64,000 nucleotides of DNA from an uncultured Gammaproteobacteria bacterium. GTDB lineage: Bacteria; Pseudomonadota; Gammaproteobacteria; GCA-001735895. Shown piece after piece: positions 1 through 12,746 of the stretch; the stretch's first letter is position 1, and each line of letters begins with the position of its first letter. The stretch covers positions 13,943 through 77,942 of the forward strand of contig CAWCBX010000054.1 of the NCBI GenBank assembly GCA_963793595.1, in the 5' to 3' direction. Under the pieces are notes generated by a model, which was not told the DNA's origin, searched no databases, and worked only from the letters and a program-made list of their open reading frames with translations. The translations under genes were made by a program, and so were the position numbers.

Positions 1-617
1 TCATTTTGATGATAGATATCACCATAAGTCATAACCCCCTGCGGTCCCCTGCTCCATACCAGGTCGAAAATACTGTCCACACCCTGCAAATACATCGCCA
101 GACGTTCAATGCCGTAAGTAATTTCACCCGATACCGGTCTGCATTCGAGACCACCGACCTGCTGGAAGTAGGTAAACTGGGTCACCTCCATGCCATTCAA
201 CCAGACTTCCCAGCCCAGGCCCCAGGCGCCGAGCGTTGGCGATTCCCAATCGTCTTCGACGAAACGGATATCATGCACCAGCGTATCCAGCCCGAGCGCT
301 TCAAGGGAGGCTAGATACATTTCCTGGAAATTATCGGGTGAAGGCTTGAGCAATACCTGGAACTGGAAATAATGCTGTAGACGATTGGGGTTTTCGCCAT
401 AGCGCCCGTCGGCAGGCCGCCGGCTCGATTGCACGTAAGCCGCGCGCCAGGGCTCGGGGCCAATGGCTCGAATAAAGGTTGCCGGGTGAAAAGTACCGGC
501 ACCGACTTCCATATCCAGCGGCTGCATAATCACGCAGCCCTGTTCAGACCAGTAATTCTGCAGGCTCTGGATCAGACCCTGGAAGCTACTCAAATCGGTC
601 GCTGGTGATTCGCTCAT
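1..617 (-). CDS. glyQ: glycine--tRNA ligase alpha subunit, N-terminal ~205 aa (3' end runs off the window)
   Basis: Absent from the ORF track because it is open to the window edge. My minus-strand translation from the ATG at 617-615 gives [48 protein letters not shown]...[17 protein letters not shown]...[25 protein letters not shown], the conserved GlyQ N-terminus. Confidence 0.9.
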   Translation of the reverse strand, partial: MSESPATDLSSFQGLIQSLQNYWSEQGCVIMQPLDMEVGAGTFHPATFIRAIGPEPWRAAYVQSSRRPADGRYGENPNRLQHYFQFQVLLKPSPDNFQEMYLASLEALGLDTLVHDIRFVEDDWESPTLGAWGLGWEVWLNGMEVTQFTYFQQVGGLECRPVSGEITYGIERLAMYLQGVDSIFDLVWSRGPQGVMTYGDIYHQN

Positions 618-710
618 TTAATTCACTGGTCAAAAGCCCGGCATTATAACCAACTGGCGTTTTTTACTCATTCATTTTCCCGCCTTATTGTGTTGTGTTT
701 TTAACCCGCT

Positions 711-1241
711 ATGATGTCGCACATGCAAGATATCATCGGCCAATGGCTGCTTAGCCTCAAGCAATATATATTAATGTGCCTGCTGCTATCGAGCCCGGAA
801 CGCCTGCCCTACGGTGCCCATAGTATCGCGCTTACCGTTTTCAGTTATCTTCTGATCGGCTTGCTGCTAGTCGATGAGCAACGCAGCTACGCCATGGTTT
901 GTGCTCAGATCGCCCTGGAACTGGGAATGCTGGGACTGATCGCCTACGTCGGGCTACGCTGGAAGAAATTGCTGGCCAGGTTCCAGCAAACATTTTCAGC
1001 CCTGCTCGGGATCAACATGATCATCACCGCGGCCACGATACCGGTGTATCGCAGCGCGGTCAGTCACACAGACGGTACGGAGAATCTGTTAATCTACGTG
1101 ACCCTCGTTATCCTGATCTGGAATCTCGCGGTACTGTCGCTAATTTTTAAGCGTTCTTTCGAAATATCAACGCATCTTTCAGCTATGATATCGTTCAATT
1201 ATTTCGTGGTTTATCAATTCATCGTTATCTGGTTTTTCTAG
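711..1241 (+). CDS. hypothetical inner-membrane protein (no family recognised)
   Basis: 176 aa ORF with several hydrophobic helices (LTVFSYLLIGLLLV, IALELGMLGLIAYVGL, LIYVTLVILIWNLAVLSLIF). Its stop abuts the mpl GTG start. Confidence 0.55.
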   Translation: MMSHMQDIIGQWLLSLKQYILMCLLLSSPERLPYGAHSIALTVFSYLLIGLLLVDEQRSYAMVCAQIALELGMLGLIAYVGLRWKKLLARFQQTFSALLGINMIITAATIPVYRSAVSHTDGTENLLIYVTLVILIWNLAVLSLIFKRSFEISTHLSAMISFNYFVVYQFIVIWFF

Positions 1242-2575
1242 TGAAAGTCTACATTCTCGGAATCTGCGGCACCTTCATGGCCGGCATAGCTCAACTTGCC
1301 CGTGAACTCGGCTGCGAGGTAGCCGGTTCGGATGCCAATGTTTATCCACCCATGAGTACCCAGCTCGAGCAGGCTGGTATAGAGCTACATCATGGATATG
1401 AGGCCGCAGCGCTACCCGAAGATTGCGATGTATTTATTATCGGCAACGCCATAACGCGCGGCAATCCCCAGTTTGAAGCCATCCTTGAACGTGGCTTGCG
1501 TTATACCTCGGGCCCCCAGTGGTTGTACGAAGAAGTTCTGCAACGGCGTTGGGTACTTGCCGTCGCCGGCACTCATGGCAAAACCACCGCCAGCAGCATG
1601 CTCGCCTGGATACTGGATTATGCCGGCCTCGATCCCGGCTACCTGATTGGTGGTATGAGCCAGAATTTCTCCCGGTCAGCGAAGCTCGGTAGTGATCCCT
1701 TCTTCGTTATCGAAGCCGATGAATACGACTCTGCACTATTCGATAAGCGCTCCAAGTTTGTCCATTACCACCCGCGTACGCTGATACTGAACAACCTCGA
1801 ATTTGACCATGCCGATATCTTCGATGACCTGGCCGCGATCAAGCGTCAGTTTCATCACCTGGTACGCACGCTGCCGGCGAGCGCCCTGGTTATAGTCAAC
1901 CATGATGACGAGGCATTGCGGGAAGTCATGCAAATGGGTTGCTGGAGCGAGCAACAGGAATTCTCCGCCAGCAATCCCCAGGCCGACTTTTTTCTACAGC
2001 AAAACCTGCTGCATCATGGCGCTTCAAGCTACTCGCTTGAGCTGTCACAACAGGGGCAGTTCAATGCGTTAAACGCAAGCGCTGCGATCATCGCCGCACG
2101 CCATGCCGGGGTTGCGATAGAAATATCGCTTGAAGCATTGCGTAATTTCAATGGCGTCAAGCGACGCCAGGAAGTCATCGCGGAAATCAACGGCGTGAAA
2201 ATCATCGATGATTTCGCGCATCATCCCACCGCGATAGCGTTAACCCTGCAGGCGTTGAAAGAAAATTGTGCTGGCCGCCTGATCGCGGTGCTGGATATTC
2301 GCTCCAACACGATGAAATCGGGAGCACACGGTGCCCAGCTTGGTCAATCTATCGCTGCCGCCGATCTGGTTTTAGTTTGCGAAACCCCCAATCTGCAGTG
2401 GGATATCAAGCAATTGGCAGAATCTGCGCCTACAATAGTAGAAATAAAAACTGATACACAGCAGGTAATCGATTACCTGTTGCGCAATTGTCAGCAAGGG
2501 GATGAAATCGTCATCATGAGCAATGGTGGCTTTGATAATATTCATCAACGTCTAATACAAGCGATGCAAAACTAG
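1241..2575 (+). CDS. mpl: UDP-N-acetylmuramate:L-alanyl-gamma-D-glutamyl-meso-diaminopimelate ligase (murein peptide ligase)
   Basis: 444 aa, GTG start. N-terminus MKVYILGICGTFMAGIAQLA, Mur-ligase P-loop GTHGKTTASSMLAWIL, EADEYDSALFDKRSKF. Confidence 0.9.
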   Translation: MKVYILGICGTFMAGIAQLARELGCEVAGSDANVYPPMSTQLEQAGIELHHGYEAAALPEDCDVFIIGNAITRGNPQFEAILERGLRYTSGPQWLYEEVLQRRWVLAVAGTHGKTTASSMLAWILDYAGLDPGYLIGGMSQNFSRSAKLGSDPFFVIEADEYDSALFDKRSKFVHYHPRTLILNNLEFDHADIFDDLAAIKRQFHHLVRTLPASALVIVNHDDEALREVMQMGCWSEQQEFSASNPQADFFLQQNLLHHGASSYSLELSQQGQFNALNASAAIIAARHAGVAIEISLEALRNFNGVKRRQEVIAEINGVKIIDDFAHHPTAIALTLQALKENCAGRLIAVLDIRSNTMKSGAHGAQLGQSIAAADLVLVCETPNLQWDIKQLAESAPTIVEIKTDTQQVIDYLLRNCQQGDEIVIMSNGGFDNIHQRLIQAMQN

Positions 2576-2584
2576 AATTCAGGT

Positions 2585-3895
2585 ATGTCTGAGAAATCAC
2601 AAAGACCTACAAAAATAGCCAAATATGAAATAAAACGTCGCATCGGACGCGGCGCTATGGGCGTTGTTTACGAGGCTTTCGATCCTTTCGTGCAGCGTAC
2701 CGTGGCTATCAAGGTTGCGCATTCAGCCAGTGACATGGATGACGCTACCAAACAAAAGCTGCGCGAGGGTTTTTTTGCCGAAGTCTATAGCGCAGGACGC
2801 ATGCATCACCCTTCGGTGGTAAGTGTTTACGACGCTGGACAGGAAGATGATCTCAATTACATCGTAATGGAATTCGTCGATGGGCAGACGCTGCAGGAAT
2901 ACGTCAGCGGAAATAGATCGCTCACCCCGAACCAGGTTGTCGATGTCATTTATCAGTGCGCCAAGGGTCTCGACTACGTGCACCGGGAAGGCATTATTCA
3001 TCGCGACCTGAAGCCGGGCAATATAATGCTCAGCAATGACGGCGAAGTAAAAATAATGGATTTCAGCATCGCCCATGTAGACGTAGGATTTGAAGGCCAT
3101 GATACCGAGGTACAGGGATCACCGATGTATATGCCGCCGGAACAATTGTCCGAGGAAAAACGCCTCGTCGCACAATCCGACATTTATTCGCTGGGCGCAG
3201 TGATGTACTCGTTACTGGCGAAAAAAACCCCTTACAAGGCGGGTAGTCTCGAGTCGCTGATTTACAAAATTACCAACCTCGAGCCCGATCCGATTATGGA
3301 AGTCAATCCCGAGGTGCCTCAACACATCGCCGAAATCGCTGAAAAAGCGATGCAAAAAATCATTTATGACCGCTACGATTCGGCTTACCTGTTAGCCAGG
3401 GACTTAAGTAATGCCTTTGGTCGGTTGCGTGGCGTGGGCGAACGTATTGACATGCAGGAGAAATGGAAGACACTGCGCTTTCTCGCCTTTTTCAAAGACT
3501 TCAGTGACGATCAGATTACCGAGGTTGTCAATGCCAGCGAGTGGAAGGAATTCAGCAAGGGCGAAGTCATTGTTACCGAGGGTGAGCAGGAAACCGCGTT
3601 CTACATCATTGCCAAGGGTGGCGTAGAGGTTAAAAAGAATGAAAAGGTTGTTGGTATTATGAAACAGGGCGACTGCTTTGGCGAAATCGCTTTCCTGACA
3701 CGCCAACCACGCAACGCGACCATTGTCGCGCGCACCGACGTTTCATTAATGAGTGTGAGCAACTCCCTGATGGAGCAGGCTTCCACTGAAACCCAGTTAC
3801 GCTATTATCGTATCTTTCTCGAAAACCTGATTGCACGACTCTCGCAAGCCACTGACAAACTGGTAGAAGCCGATAAAGAAATCACCGTCCTATGA
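2585..3895 (+). CDS. Hanks-type Ser/Thr protein kinase fused to a C-terminal cyclic-nucleotide-binding domain
   Basis: Kinase motifs are GRGAMGVVYEA (G-loop), VAIKV, HRDLKPGNIML (catalytic loop), DFSIA (DFG variant) and SPMYMPPEQ. The C-terminal cNMP phosphate-binding cassette is FGEIAFLTRQPRNATIVA. The stop overlaps the ubiX ATG (ATGA at 3892-3895). Confidence 0.85.
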   Translation: MSEKSQRPTKIAKYEIKRRIGRGAMGVVYEAFDPFVQRTVAIKVAHSASDMDDATKQKLREGFFAEVYSAGRMHHPSVVSVYDAGQEDDLNYIVMEFVDGQTLQEYVSGNRSLTPNQVVDVIYQCAKGLDYVHREGIIHRDLKPGNIMLSNDGEVKIMDFSIAHVDVGFEGHDTEVQGSPMYMPPEQLSEEKRLVAQSDIYSLGAVMYSLLAKKTPYKAGSLESLIYKITNLEPDPIMEVNPEVPQHIAEIAEKAMQKIIYDRYDSAYLLARDLSNAFGRLRGVGERIDMQEKWKTLRFLAFFKDFSDDQITEVVNASEWKEFSKGEVIVTEGEQETAFYIIAKGGVEVKKNEKVVGIMKQGDCFGEIAFLTRQPRNATIVARTDVSLMSVSNSLMEQASTETQLRYYRIFLENLIARLSQATDKLVEADKEITVL

Positions 3896-4497
3896 CTCCA
3901 AAAACAGTTACTCTGGCGATGACTGGAGCTTCCGGCGCTGAATATACCCTGCGCCTGTTCGAGTGTTGCCTGCAAAATAACATCCGCGTACAGTTTATTA
4001 CTTCGCAACCGGGCCAGATCGTGGCCGGAATGGAAACCGAGTTAAAGCTCACTGGATCTCCACAGAAAATGAAGCAGCAACTGGTCAGTTATTTCGATGC
4101 CGATCCAGCCTTAATCAGCGTTTACTCCAAGGATCAATGGACGGCACCACCGGCAAGTGGTTCCTCCGTGGCCGACGCCATGGTGGTTTGTCCCTGCAGC
4201 ATGGGCAGCCTTGCCTCAATCGCGGTCGGGAGCAGCGACAACCTGATCCACCGGGCTGCCGATGTGGCGATCAAGGAACGCAAGACCTTGATCCTGGTAC
4301 CGAGGGAAACCCCTTTCTCCAGCATTCACCTCGAGAACATGCTCAAGCTATCTCGCCTTGGTGCCGTGATACTGCCGCCTAATCCCGGGTTCTACCATGG
4401 AGTCAGCCAGGTTTCCGAACTGGTTGATTTCATCGTCGCGCGAATTCTGGATCAGCTCGACATCGACAACGACCTGTCGCCACGCTGGGGGCTATAA
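3892..4497 (+). CDS. ubiX: flavin prenyltransferase UbiX
   Basis: 201 aa with MTGASGAEYTLRL, VVCPCSMGSLASIAVGSSDNLIHRAADVAIKERKTLILVPRETPFS and LPPNPGFYH. Confidence 0.9.
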   Translation: MTPKTVTLAMTGASGAEYTLRLFECCLQNNIRVQFITSQPGQIVAGMETELKLTGSPQKMKQQLVSYFDADPALISVYSKDQWTAPPASGSSVADAMVVCPCSMGSLASIAVGSSDNLIHRAADVAIKERKTLILVPRETPFSSIHLENMLKLSRLGAVILPPNPGFYHGVSQVSELVDFIVARILDQLDIDNDLSPRWGL

Positions 4498-4522
4498 AAG
4501 GTTAATGCAGCAATGATAGTCC

Positions 4523-5122
4523 ATGGCTGAAATCCCACTTTTCCCGTTGAAAACGGTATTACTACCCGGTAACACGCTGGGGCTCAAGATTTTCGAGCCA
4601 CGCTATGTCGACATGATCGCCAACTGCATGCGCGAGAGCAACCTGTTCGGTGTGGTACTGATTCACAAGGGGGAAGAGTCATTCGTCGATGCCGATATAC
4701 ACTCGATCGGGACGACAGCCATGATCAATGACTGGGAACACCGCGCCGATGGGCTGCTCGGAATTACCGCACTCGGGGTTGAGCGTTTCGAAATTCTATC
4801 GACTCACACGCAAAGTGATGGGCTGACTTTTGCCGATATCAAAATTCTCGACGAAGTCGGTGCGCCCGAGATTCCAGAACAGTTTCAATATATGCTTGAG
4901 CTTCTCGACCATATAAGCGCCCAGGAAGGACGGATTCGTGCCGACAACCAGGGCTTTTGTGAAATCCTCTACCAGCTCATATACCTCTTGCCGCTGGAAA
5001 CAACCCTGAAACAGCGCCTGCTCGAAATTCCCGAATGCAACGACCGCGCGTTAATTCTGCATGCCGAGCTGATCCGGCTGGGAGTTATTCAATACATCAA
5101 ACCCGAAGCGCCCGGGAAATAA
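4523..5122 (+). CDS. LON peptidase N-terminal (substrate-binding) domain protein
   Basis: 199 aa. The start IPLFPLKTVLLPGNTLGLKIFEPRYVDMI is typical of stand-alone Lon N-domain proteins. Confidence 0.75.
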   Translation: MAEIPLFPLKTVLLPGNTLGLKIFEPRYVDMIANCMRESNLFGVVLIHKGEESFVDADIHSIGTTAMINDWEHRADGLLGITALGVERFEILSTHTQSDGLTFADIKILDEVGAPEIPEQFQYMLELLDHISAQEGRIRADNQGFCEILYQLIYLLPLETTLKQRLLEIPECNDRALILHAELIRLGVIQYIKPEAPGK

Positions 5123-5204
5123 CCACAGGCCAGCCGGGCGGGGTTCCAATTCTCGTATACGCGGCATAAACTTGGCCGCAGGCAACTGCGAAGGGATAGC
5201 AGCG

Positions 5205-5771
5205 ATGAACAGAGTACTGCTTGCAACCTGTTTTTACTGGTTTAGTGCGCTAACCGCCGCAGCCGAACTTTCAGGAGTATTCATAGACGATGACATCAGG
5301 CTCGAAGGTGGCCCTTCGCTGGTGCTTAACGGAATCGGCCTGCGCGAAAAACTCTGGGTAGACGTGTACGTCGGCTCGTTATACCTGCCCGGTAAATCTG
5401 CAGATGTCGCCGAAATTCTATCCAGGCCGGGACCCTGGCGGGTGCAGCTTGATTTTATTTACAAAGAAGTTGCCAGCGAAAAATTACTCGATTCCTGGCG
5501 CGAAGGATTTGAAGAAAATCAAAGCCCCGCAACCATGAAAAAATTACAGCGCCGCATCGATCAGTTCTACGCTTACTTTCAAACCAGTGCAATTGCCAAA
5601 GATCAGTACCGCTTTGACTACATCCCCGGCAAGGGCGTCACTATCAGCAAAAACCAGCAACATCTCGGGCAGATTGCTGGCGATGATTTCAAAACCGCGC
5701 TGCTTGAAATCTGGCTCGGCAATCACCCGGTGGACAAGAAGTTGAAAAAAGGCATGCTCGGCATGCAGTGA
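5205..5771 (+). CDS. chalcone isomerase-like family periplasmic protein
   Basis: I prefer the ATG at 5205 (MNRVLLATCFYWFSALTAAAE signal peptide) over the track's TTG at 5172. LVLNGIGLREKLWVDVYVGSLYLP is characteristic of bacterial CHI-like proteins. Confidence 0.7.
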   Translation: MNRVLLATCFYWFSALTAAAELSGVFIDDDIRLEGGPSLVLNGIGLREKLWVDVYVGSLYLPGKSADVAEILSRPGPWRVQLDFIYKEVASEKLLDSWREGFEENQSPATMKKLQRRIDQFYAYFQTSAIAKDQYRFDYIPGKGVTISKNQQHLGQIAGDDFKTALLEIWLGNHPVDKKLKKGMLGMQ

Positions 5772-5775
5772 GCAC

Positions 5776-7056
5776 TTACATTTCCGCAAAAGTTGCCGCG
5801 GCAGCTTCAATCGTCTGCTCAATTTCAGCAGCACCATGCATCGCGCTGACAAATCCCGCTTCATAAGCTGACGGGGCAAGGTTAATACCACGCTTGAGCA
5901 TGCCGTGGAAGAATTGCTTGAAAGCCTCGACGTCGCAGGCGCTCACCTGACTGAAACTGTTAACCTCCGGCTGACCAGTAAAAAACAGGCCGAACATCGC
6001 ACCCACCTGGTTGGCACGCAGCTCAATATTGTTAGCTTCAGCTGCGGCGAGAATACCATTCACGAGTTGCCCGGTTCTCTGCGTCAAATCTTCAAAAAAT
6101 CCGGGGCGCGAAATAATTTCCAGGGTTTTCAGTCCGGCCGCCATCGCCACTGGATTACCGGACAGAGTTCCTGCCTGGTACACGGGTCCAAGCGGCGCCA
6201 GATGGTGCATGATTTCCTGTTTGCCGCCAAAGGCGCCGACCGGCATACCACCACCGATAACTTTGCCAAGCGTGGTTAAATCGGGAACGATATCGTATCT
6301 TTCCTGGGCTCCACCAAGACCGACCCGAAACCCGGTCATGACTTCATCAAAAATCAACAGGCTGGCGGATGCATCGCAGCATTCGCGCAGGGTTTGCAAA
6401 AATCCGGGGACCGGGGGTACGCAATTCATATTACCTGCCACCGGTTCGACGATGACGCAGGCAACTTCGCTACCAAGCTCGGCAAATACCTGCTTTACCT
6501 GTTCGCTATTGTTGTACTCGAGTGTGATCGTATGATCGGCAAGCACGGCGGGAACTCCGGGTGAACTCGGTACACCCAGGGTCAAGGCACCAGAACCGGC
6601 CTTGATCAGCAATGAATCGGCATGCCCGTGGTAGCAGCCTTCGAACTTGATGATTTTGTCGCGCCCGGTGAATCCACGCGCGAGCCGGATAGCACTCATG
6701 GTCGCTTCGGTACCCGAACAGGTCATGCGCACCAGATCGATACTCGGCATCAGGTCACAAATAAGTTGTGCCAGCTCAACCTCGAGCGGCGAAGGCGCGC
6801 CAAAGCTCAATCCTTTTTGCACCACCTCGGTAACCGCGGCGATGATCTCGGGATGGGCGTGACCACAAATCATCGGCCCCCAGGAGCCGACATAGTCGAT
6901 ATAACGATTGCCATCGACATCGATCAGGTAAGCGCCCTCGGCACGATCGATAAACGGAGGAGTACCACCTACCGCGTTGAATGCGCGTACCGGTGAATTA
7001 ACCCCGCCCGGAATTACCAGGCAGGCCTGTTCGAATAATTTTTCAGAGTTAGTCAT
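5776..7056 (-). CDS. hemL: glutamate-1-semialdehyde 2,1-aminomutase
   Basis: 426 aa with [42 protein letters not shown] and FDEVMTGFR. Confidence 0.95.
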   Translation of the reverse strand: MTNSEKLFEQACLVIPGGVNSPVRAFNAVGGTPPFIDRAEGAYLIDVDGNRYIDYVGSWGPMICGHAHPEIIAAVTEVVQKGLSFGAPSPLEVELAQLICDLMPSIDLVRMTCSGTEATMSAIRLARGFTGRDKIIKFEGCYHGHADSLLIKAGSGALTLGVPSSPGVPAVLADHTITLEYNNSEQVKQVFAELGSEVACVIVEPVAGNMNCVPPVPGFLQTLRECCDASASLLIFDEVMTGFRVGLGGAQERYDIVPDLTTLGKVIGGGMPVGAFGGKQEIMHHLAPLGPVYQAGTLSGNPVAMAAGLKTLEIISRPGFFEDLTQRTGQLVNGILAAAEANNIELRANQVGAMFGLFFTGQPEVNSFSQVSACDVEAFKQFFHGMLKRGINLAPSAYEAGFVSAMHGAAEIEQTIEAAAATFAEM

Positions 7057-7105
7057 CGCGTTTCAGAGGAGTCGTTTTCGTGCGCACACTATACAATAAA
7101 ATCCA

Positions 7106-8662
7106 TTACGAAGATTGATTGCGAATTTCGAATCGCTTCGCCACAACCAAAATCAGAACCAGCACCGGTAAGCCGAGAAGCGCGGTAAACAGGAAGAAAC
7201 TCGGGTAACCGATCGCGTCAACCATCGATCCCGAGTAACCACCCAGCACCTTTGGAATCAAGGTCATCATTGAGCTGAAAATTGCGTACTGCATTGCAGT
7301 GAACGATACATTGGTCAGGCTCGACAGGAAGGCAACAAACGCGGCGCTGGCGATTCCTGCCGCCAGATTATCAGCCGATATCACAACGTAGAGCCAGACA
7401 ATGTCGTAGCCGATGCCAGCCAGTAACATGAACAATAAATTGGTCGCCGCAGAGAGTACTGCACCCAACAGTAATATACGCATGACCCCGAAACGCAGCG
7501 CGAGCAAACCACCGATAAAACCGCCGGCGATGGTCATCAACAAGCCGAAGGTTTTGGCGACGCTCGCGATCTCGGATTTGCTGAAACCCATATCCTGGTA
7601 AAACAGGTTCGCAATTACCCCCAGTACAATATCGGAAATACGGTAAAGTCCGATCAGTGCGAGCAGTATCCAGGCCAGCGACCAGCCATAGCGGCTGAAA
7701 AAATCGCGTATCGGCACCAGATAGGTATTCTCGACCATTGCGTAACGTACCAATCCCGCTTTCACCAACAAAATAGACATGACCCAGGCAGCCAACAATG
7801 CCATTGATAGTCGCACCGACTCCACGAAAAATGCGGACAAAAAACGATTGGCGACAAGATCGGTAAGCTGAGCCTTCGATACAGCTGCTAGCTCACCTGA
7901 GAAATAATATGTTCCGACCAATCCGCCCACCACAAAAGCGAATAGCAGGACAAACCTCAGGTAGTCCTGATTACTTTCGAGGTAATTTGTATAGTTCGGA
8001 TTTTCTGGCTCGTTGATCACCAGGGTTGTAACCACACCAACCAGCATCGCGGCTGCCATCAGACAATAGGTCCATTGCCAGGCCTGATAGTTATAGGTGC
8101 CCATGCTAGTACCAAACCAGTCGGCCAGGTAGAGCGAGCCCGCTCCGGCTACCAACCAACCGATTCGGTAGCCGGCGATGTAAGTCGCCGACATCATCGC
8201 CTGTAACTCGATTTCAGCTGACTCGATGCGGTATGCATCGATAACAATGTCCTGTGTCGCCGATGAAAATCCCAGCATGACAGCGGCCAGCGCCATCATC
8301 GTCAGGCCAGAGCCACCCGCCTGTGGATCGATCGAAGCCATCAGCAGGATGGCACAGGCAATCGCGATTTGTGCCAATAGCATCCAGGCACGGCGCCTGC
8401 CCAGTAGTCGGGTTAACCACGGCAGCGGTAGTTGATCGACCAGCGGAGCCCAGACAAATTTAAACGAGTAGCCTAATCCGGCCAGGGCAAAAAAAGTAAC
8501 TACTGACTTTTCAAACTCGGCTTCTCGTAGCCATATACCTAACGAACCAAAGATAAGCAGGTAAGGGAGCCCGGCAGAAAACCCGAGAAACAGCATCGTC
8601 ACCACCCGTCGGTGGAAAAACATTTTCAGCATGGTGGACCAGCTGCCGGTATCAGTCTGCAC
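7106..8662 (-). CDS. ampG: AmpG-family muropeptide MFS permease
   Basis: 518 aa polytopic MFS protein with LFLGFSAGLPYLLIFGSLGIWLRE near the N-terminus. The start is uncertain: GTG at 8662 or ATG at 8632. Confidence 0.85.
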   Translation of the reverse strand: MQTDTGSWSTMLKMFFHRRVVTMLFLGFSAGLPYLLIFGSLGIWLREAEFEKSVVTFFALAGLGYSFKFVWAPLVDQLPLPWLTRLLGRRRAWMLLAQIAIACAILLMASIDPQAGGSGLTMMALAAVMLGFSSATQDIVIDAYRIESAEIELQAMMSATYIAGYRIGWLVAGAGSLYLADWFGTSMGTYNYQAWQWTYCLMAAAMLVGVVTTLVINEPENPNYTNYLESNQDYLRFVLLFAFVVGGLVGTYYFSGELAAVSKAQLTDLVANRFLSAFFVESVRLSMALLAAWVMSILLVKAGLVRYAMVENTYLVPIRDFFSRYGWSLAWILLALIGLYRISDIVLGVIANLFYQDMGFSKSEIASVAKTFGLLMTIAGGFIGGLLALRFGVMRILLLGAVLSAATNLLFMLLAGIGYDIVWLYVVISADNLAAGIASAAFVAFLSSLTNVSFTAMQYAIFSSMMTLIPKVLGGYSGSMVDAIGYPSFFLFTALLGLPVLVLILVVAKRFEIRNQSS

Positions 8663-9441
8663 TAGCGCGCGAGCTCCAGGTCATAGTCCATGATTAACGG
8701 CGCATGATCGGAAAAACGCTGATCGCGAAATATGCGCGCCTTCTGCACCTTGTCTCTCAGACCCGGGGTGACGATCTGGTAATCGATACGCCAACCGACA
8801 TTCTTGTCCCAGGACTGGCCCCGGTTTGACCACCAGGTGTATTGCTCCTCGCGTTGATCGACGACGCGAAATGCATCGACAAAGCCGACACGATCGAACA
8901 GATCGCTCAACCAGGCGCGTTCCTCGGGCAGAAAGCCGGAGTTTTTCTGGTTCGAGCGCCAGTTTTTCAAATCAATATTCTGATGCGCAATATTCCAGTC
9001 ACCACAAATAATGAATTCGCGGCGTTTGCGCCGCAGCGCCTGCAAATGCAACAGGAAACTATCCATAAAGCGCCACTTGGATTCCTGGCGATGGTCGCCC
9101 GAAGATCCGGACGGCGCATACAGTGAAATAACCGACAGGTTCTTGTAGCGATACTCCAGATAACGCCCTTCATTATCAAACTCTGATTCGCCGTAACCAT
9201 GGATCACCTGCAACGGCTGCTCCCTGCTGTAAATCGCGGTACCCGAATACCCCTTTTTCAACGCATCGAAATAGCTGCAGAAATAATTCTTCGGGTGAAA
9301 CAGCGGCTGGTCCAGTTGGTCAACCTGGGCCTTGGTTTCCTGTACACAGATGAAATCCGCACGTTGGCGAGGTAGCCAGTCGAAAAAACCCTTGCGCGCC
9401 GCAGCACGGATACCGTTGGTGTTAATTGAGATCACGCGCAT
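8662..9441 (-). CDS. xthA: exodeoxyribonuclease III
   Basis: 259 aa with [32 protein letters not shown] and [10 protein letters not shown]. Confidence 0.9.
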   Translation of the reverse strand: MRVISINTNGIRAAARKGFFDWLPRQRADFICVQETKAQVDQLDQPLFHPKNYFCSYFDALKKGYSGTAIYSREQPLQVIHGYGESEFDNEGRYLEYRYKNLSVISLYAPSGSSGDHRQESKWRFMDSFLLHLQALRRKRREFIICGDWNIAHQNIDLKNWRSNQKNSGFLPEERAWLSDLFDRVGFVDAFRVVDQREEQYTWWSNRGQSWDKNVGWRIDYQIVTPGLRDKVQKARIFRDQRFSDHAPLIMDYDLELAR

Positions 9442-9516
9442 CTTAAACTGCTACCAATATTGAAATCAGGCGATATGATACATGACTTGAGATGTCCGAC
9501 TAATAACGAATCATTT

Positions 9517-10155
9517 ATGCATAGCTACCAATCCCGCTTCGTCGACTATTGCCTGCAGCGCGGCGCGCTCAAGTTTGGCGAATTCACGCTTAAATCCGGT
9601 CGCGTCAGCCCTTACTTTTTCAACGCAGGAATTTTCAACCGCGGTGCTGACCTCGCCGCACTGGCCGAATTCTATGCCAATGCGATTCAGCAGTCCCAAA
9701 TCGAATTCGACCTGCTGTTCGGCCCCGCTTACAAGGGCATCCCACTGGCCGCGATTACGGCAAGTGCATTGTTTCAGCAATATCAGCGTGACATTCCGTA
9801 TGCTTTTAACCGCAAGGAAGCCAAAGACCATGGCGAAGGTGGCAATACTGTTGGCGCCGAAATCACGGGTCGCGTCATGATTATCGACGACGTGATTACC
9901 GCCGGTACCGCAATTCGTGAAGCGATCGAGTTGATCGATGCGCTTGGCGCCGAAACCTGTGCAGTCACCATTGCGCTTGATCGCCAGGAAAAGGGGCTGG
10001 GAGAACGCTCTGCAATTCAGGAACTCGAACAGCAGGGCTTGCGCGTTATCTCGATAATCAAACTCGACCATATTCTCGAATACCTGCAATCCAGCGGCCA
10101 AAACCAGCATCGTAATGCGATAGAAACCTATCGTGCCGAATACGGTATCGACTAA
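9517..10155 (+). CDS. pyrE: orotate phosphoribosyltransferase
   Basis: I prefer the ATG at 9517 ([36 protein letters not shown]), giving 212 aa. PRPP motif [16 protein letters not shown]. Confidence 0.9.
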   Translation: MHSYQSRFVDYCLQRGALKFGEFTLKSGRVSPYFFNAGIFNRGADLAALAEFYANAIQQSQIEFDLLFGPAYKGIPLAAITASALFQQYQRDIPYAFNRKEAKDHGEGGNTVGAEITGRVMIIDDVITAGTAIREAIELIDALGAETCAVTIALDRQEKGLGERSAIQELEQQGLRVISIIKLDHILEYLQSSGQNQHRNAIETYRAEYGID

Positions 10156-10324
10156 AGGGCATCTCTAAAAATAGTAATTTATTCGTGAGTGCAAGCGGTC
10201 CGGCGTCCCGGAAGCACGGCGCTGAAGCCGCAATCGCGGATAAAGTGCATTTTTAAAAATGCCCTGAACTCAGCCCGATAAAGACAGTCTATGTAGACTA
10301 TCGCAATATAAAAACAGGTGCGCC

Positions 10325-11086
10325 ATGCTTCGGATCCTGGTACTTGCCAGTTTGTTTTCATTGCCTGCTTTCGCCGCTGCTCCCATCGTGGTCAGCAGCG
10401 CTGACAAGCAGACTGCAGTGGTCGAACTCTATACCTCGGAAGGGTGCAGCAGCTGCCCGTCGGCTGATCGCTGGTTATCGCGTCTGATCGAGGCGCCTAA
10501 AGATGAACTCGACCTACTCGCGCTCGCTTTCCATGTTGATTACTGGGACTATCTCGGCTGGAAGGATCGTTTTTCAAGTGCGGCTTACACCCATCGTCAA
10601 CGCGAGTTGGCCGCCAACAATCTGCAACAGACAATTTATACGCCTGAGTTCTTCGTCAACGGCATGGAAACGCGCGGTGCCAGTAATATTCTGGATAAAA
10701 TCAGGCAGGCGAACCAGCAACCGTCACCGCTTGATCTTAAGCTCACCGTATCCCGCGACAAAACCAGCCTGGTGCTGGAGCTGCAGTCCCCTGGAGACCG
10801 CGACATTACCGGGCAAATCCATCACCGCTACCTGGTCTATGAAAATAATTTGTCGACTGATGTCAAAAGAGGCGAAAATTCGGGAGAAATACTCAAGCAT
10901 GAACAGGTTGTGCGTTATATGAGTAAAGCAAAAAGCCTGCGTGAACAAAACCAGTATCGCATCGCTATCGATCCCGACTGGCAAGCCGAAAATATCGGCG
11001 TCGCCGTGCTGGTTACGTCACCCGGTGACAGGCACTATCTGCAGGCATTGCATACTCCGGTAGCAAGTTTACTGACTGAGCAATAA
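10325..11086 (+). CDS. DUF1223 family secreted thioredoxin-fold protein
   Basis: Signal peptide MLRILVLASLFSLPAFAAAP, then ELYTSEGCSSCPSAD and FHVDYWDYLGWKDRF. Confidence 0.75.
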   Translation: MLRILVLASLFSLPAFAAAPIVVSSADKQTAVVELYTSEGCSSCPSADRWLSRLIEAPKDELDLLALAFHVDYWDYLGWKDRFSSAAYTHRQRELAANNLQQTIYTPEFFVNGMETRGASNILDKIRQANQQPSPLDLKLTVSRDKTSLVLELQSPGDRDITGQIHHRYLVYENNLSTDVKRGENSGEILKHEQVVRYMSKAKSLREQNQYRIAIDPDWQAENIGVAVLVTSPGDRHYLQALHTPVASLLTEQ

Positions 11087-11175
11087 TGCGTAAATTTATG
11101 AAAAATCGCGATAAGTAAACTATTATGCCTGTTAAGATTTATATCAACCTGTACGGTTAAGGACGAAAAGATACT

Positions 11176-12746
<1,571 letters not shown>

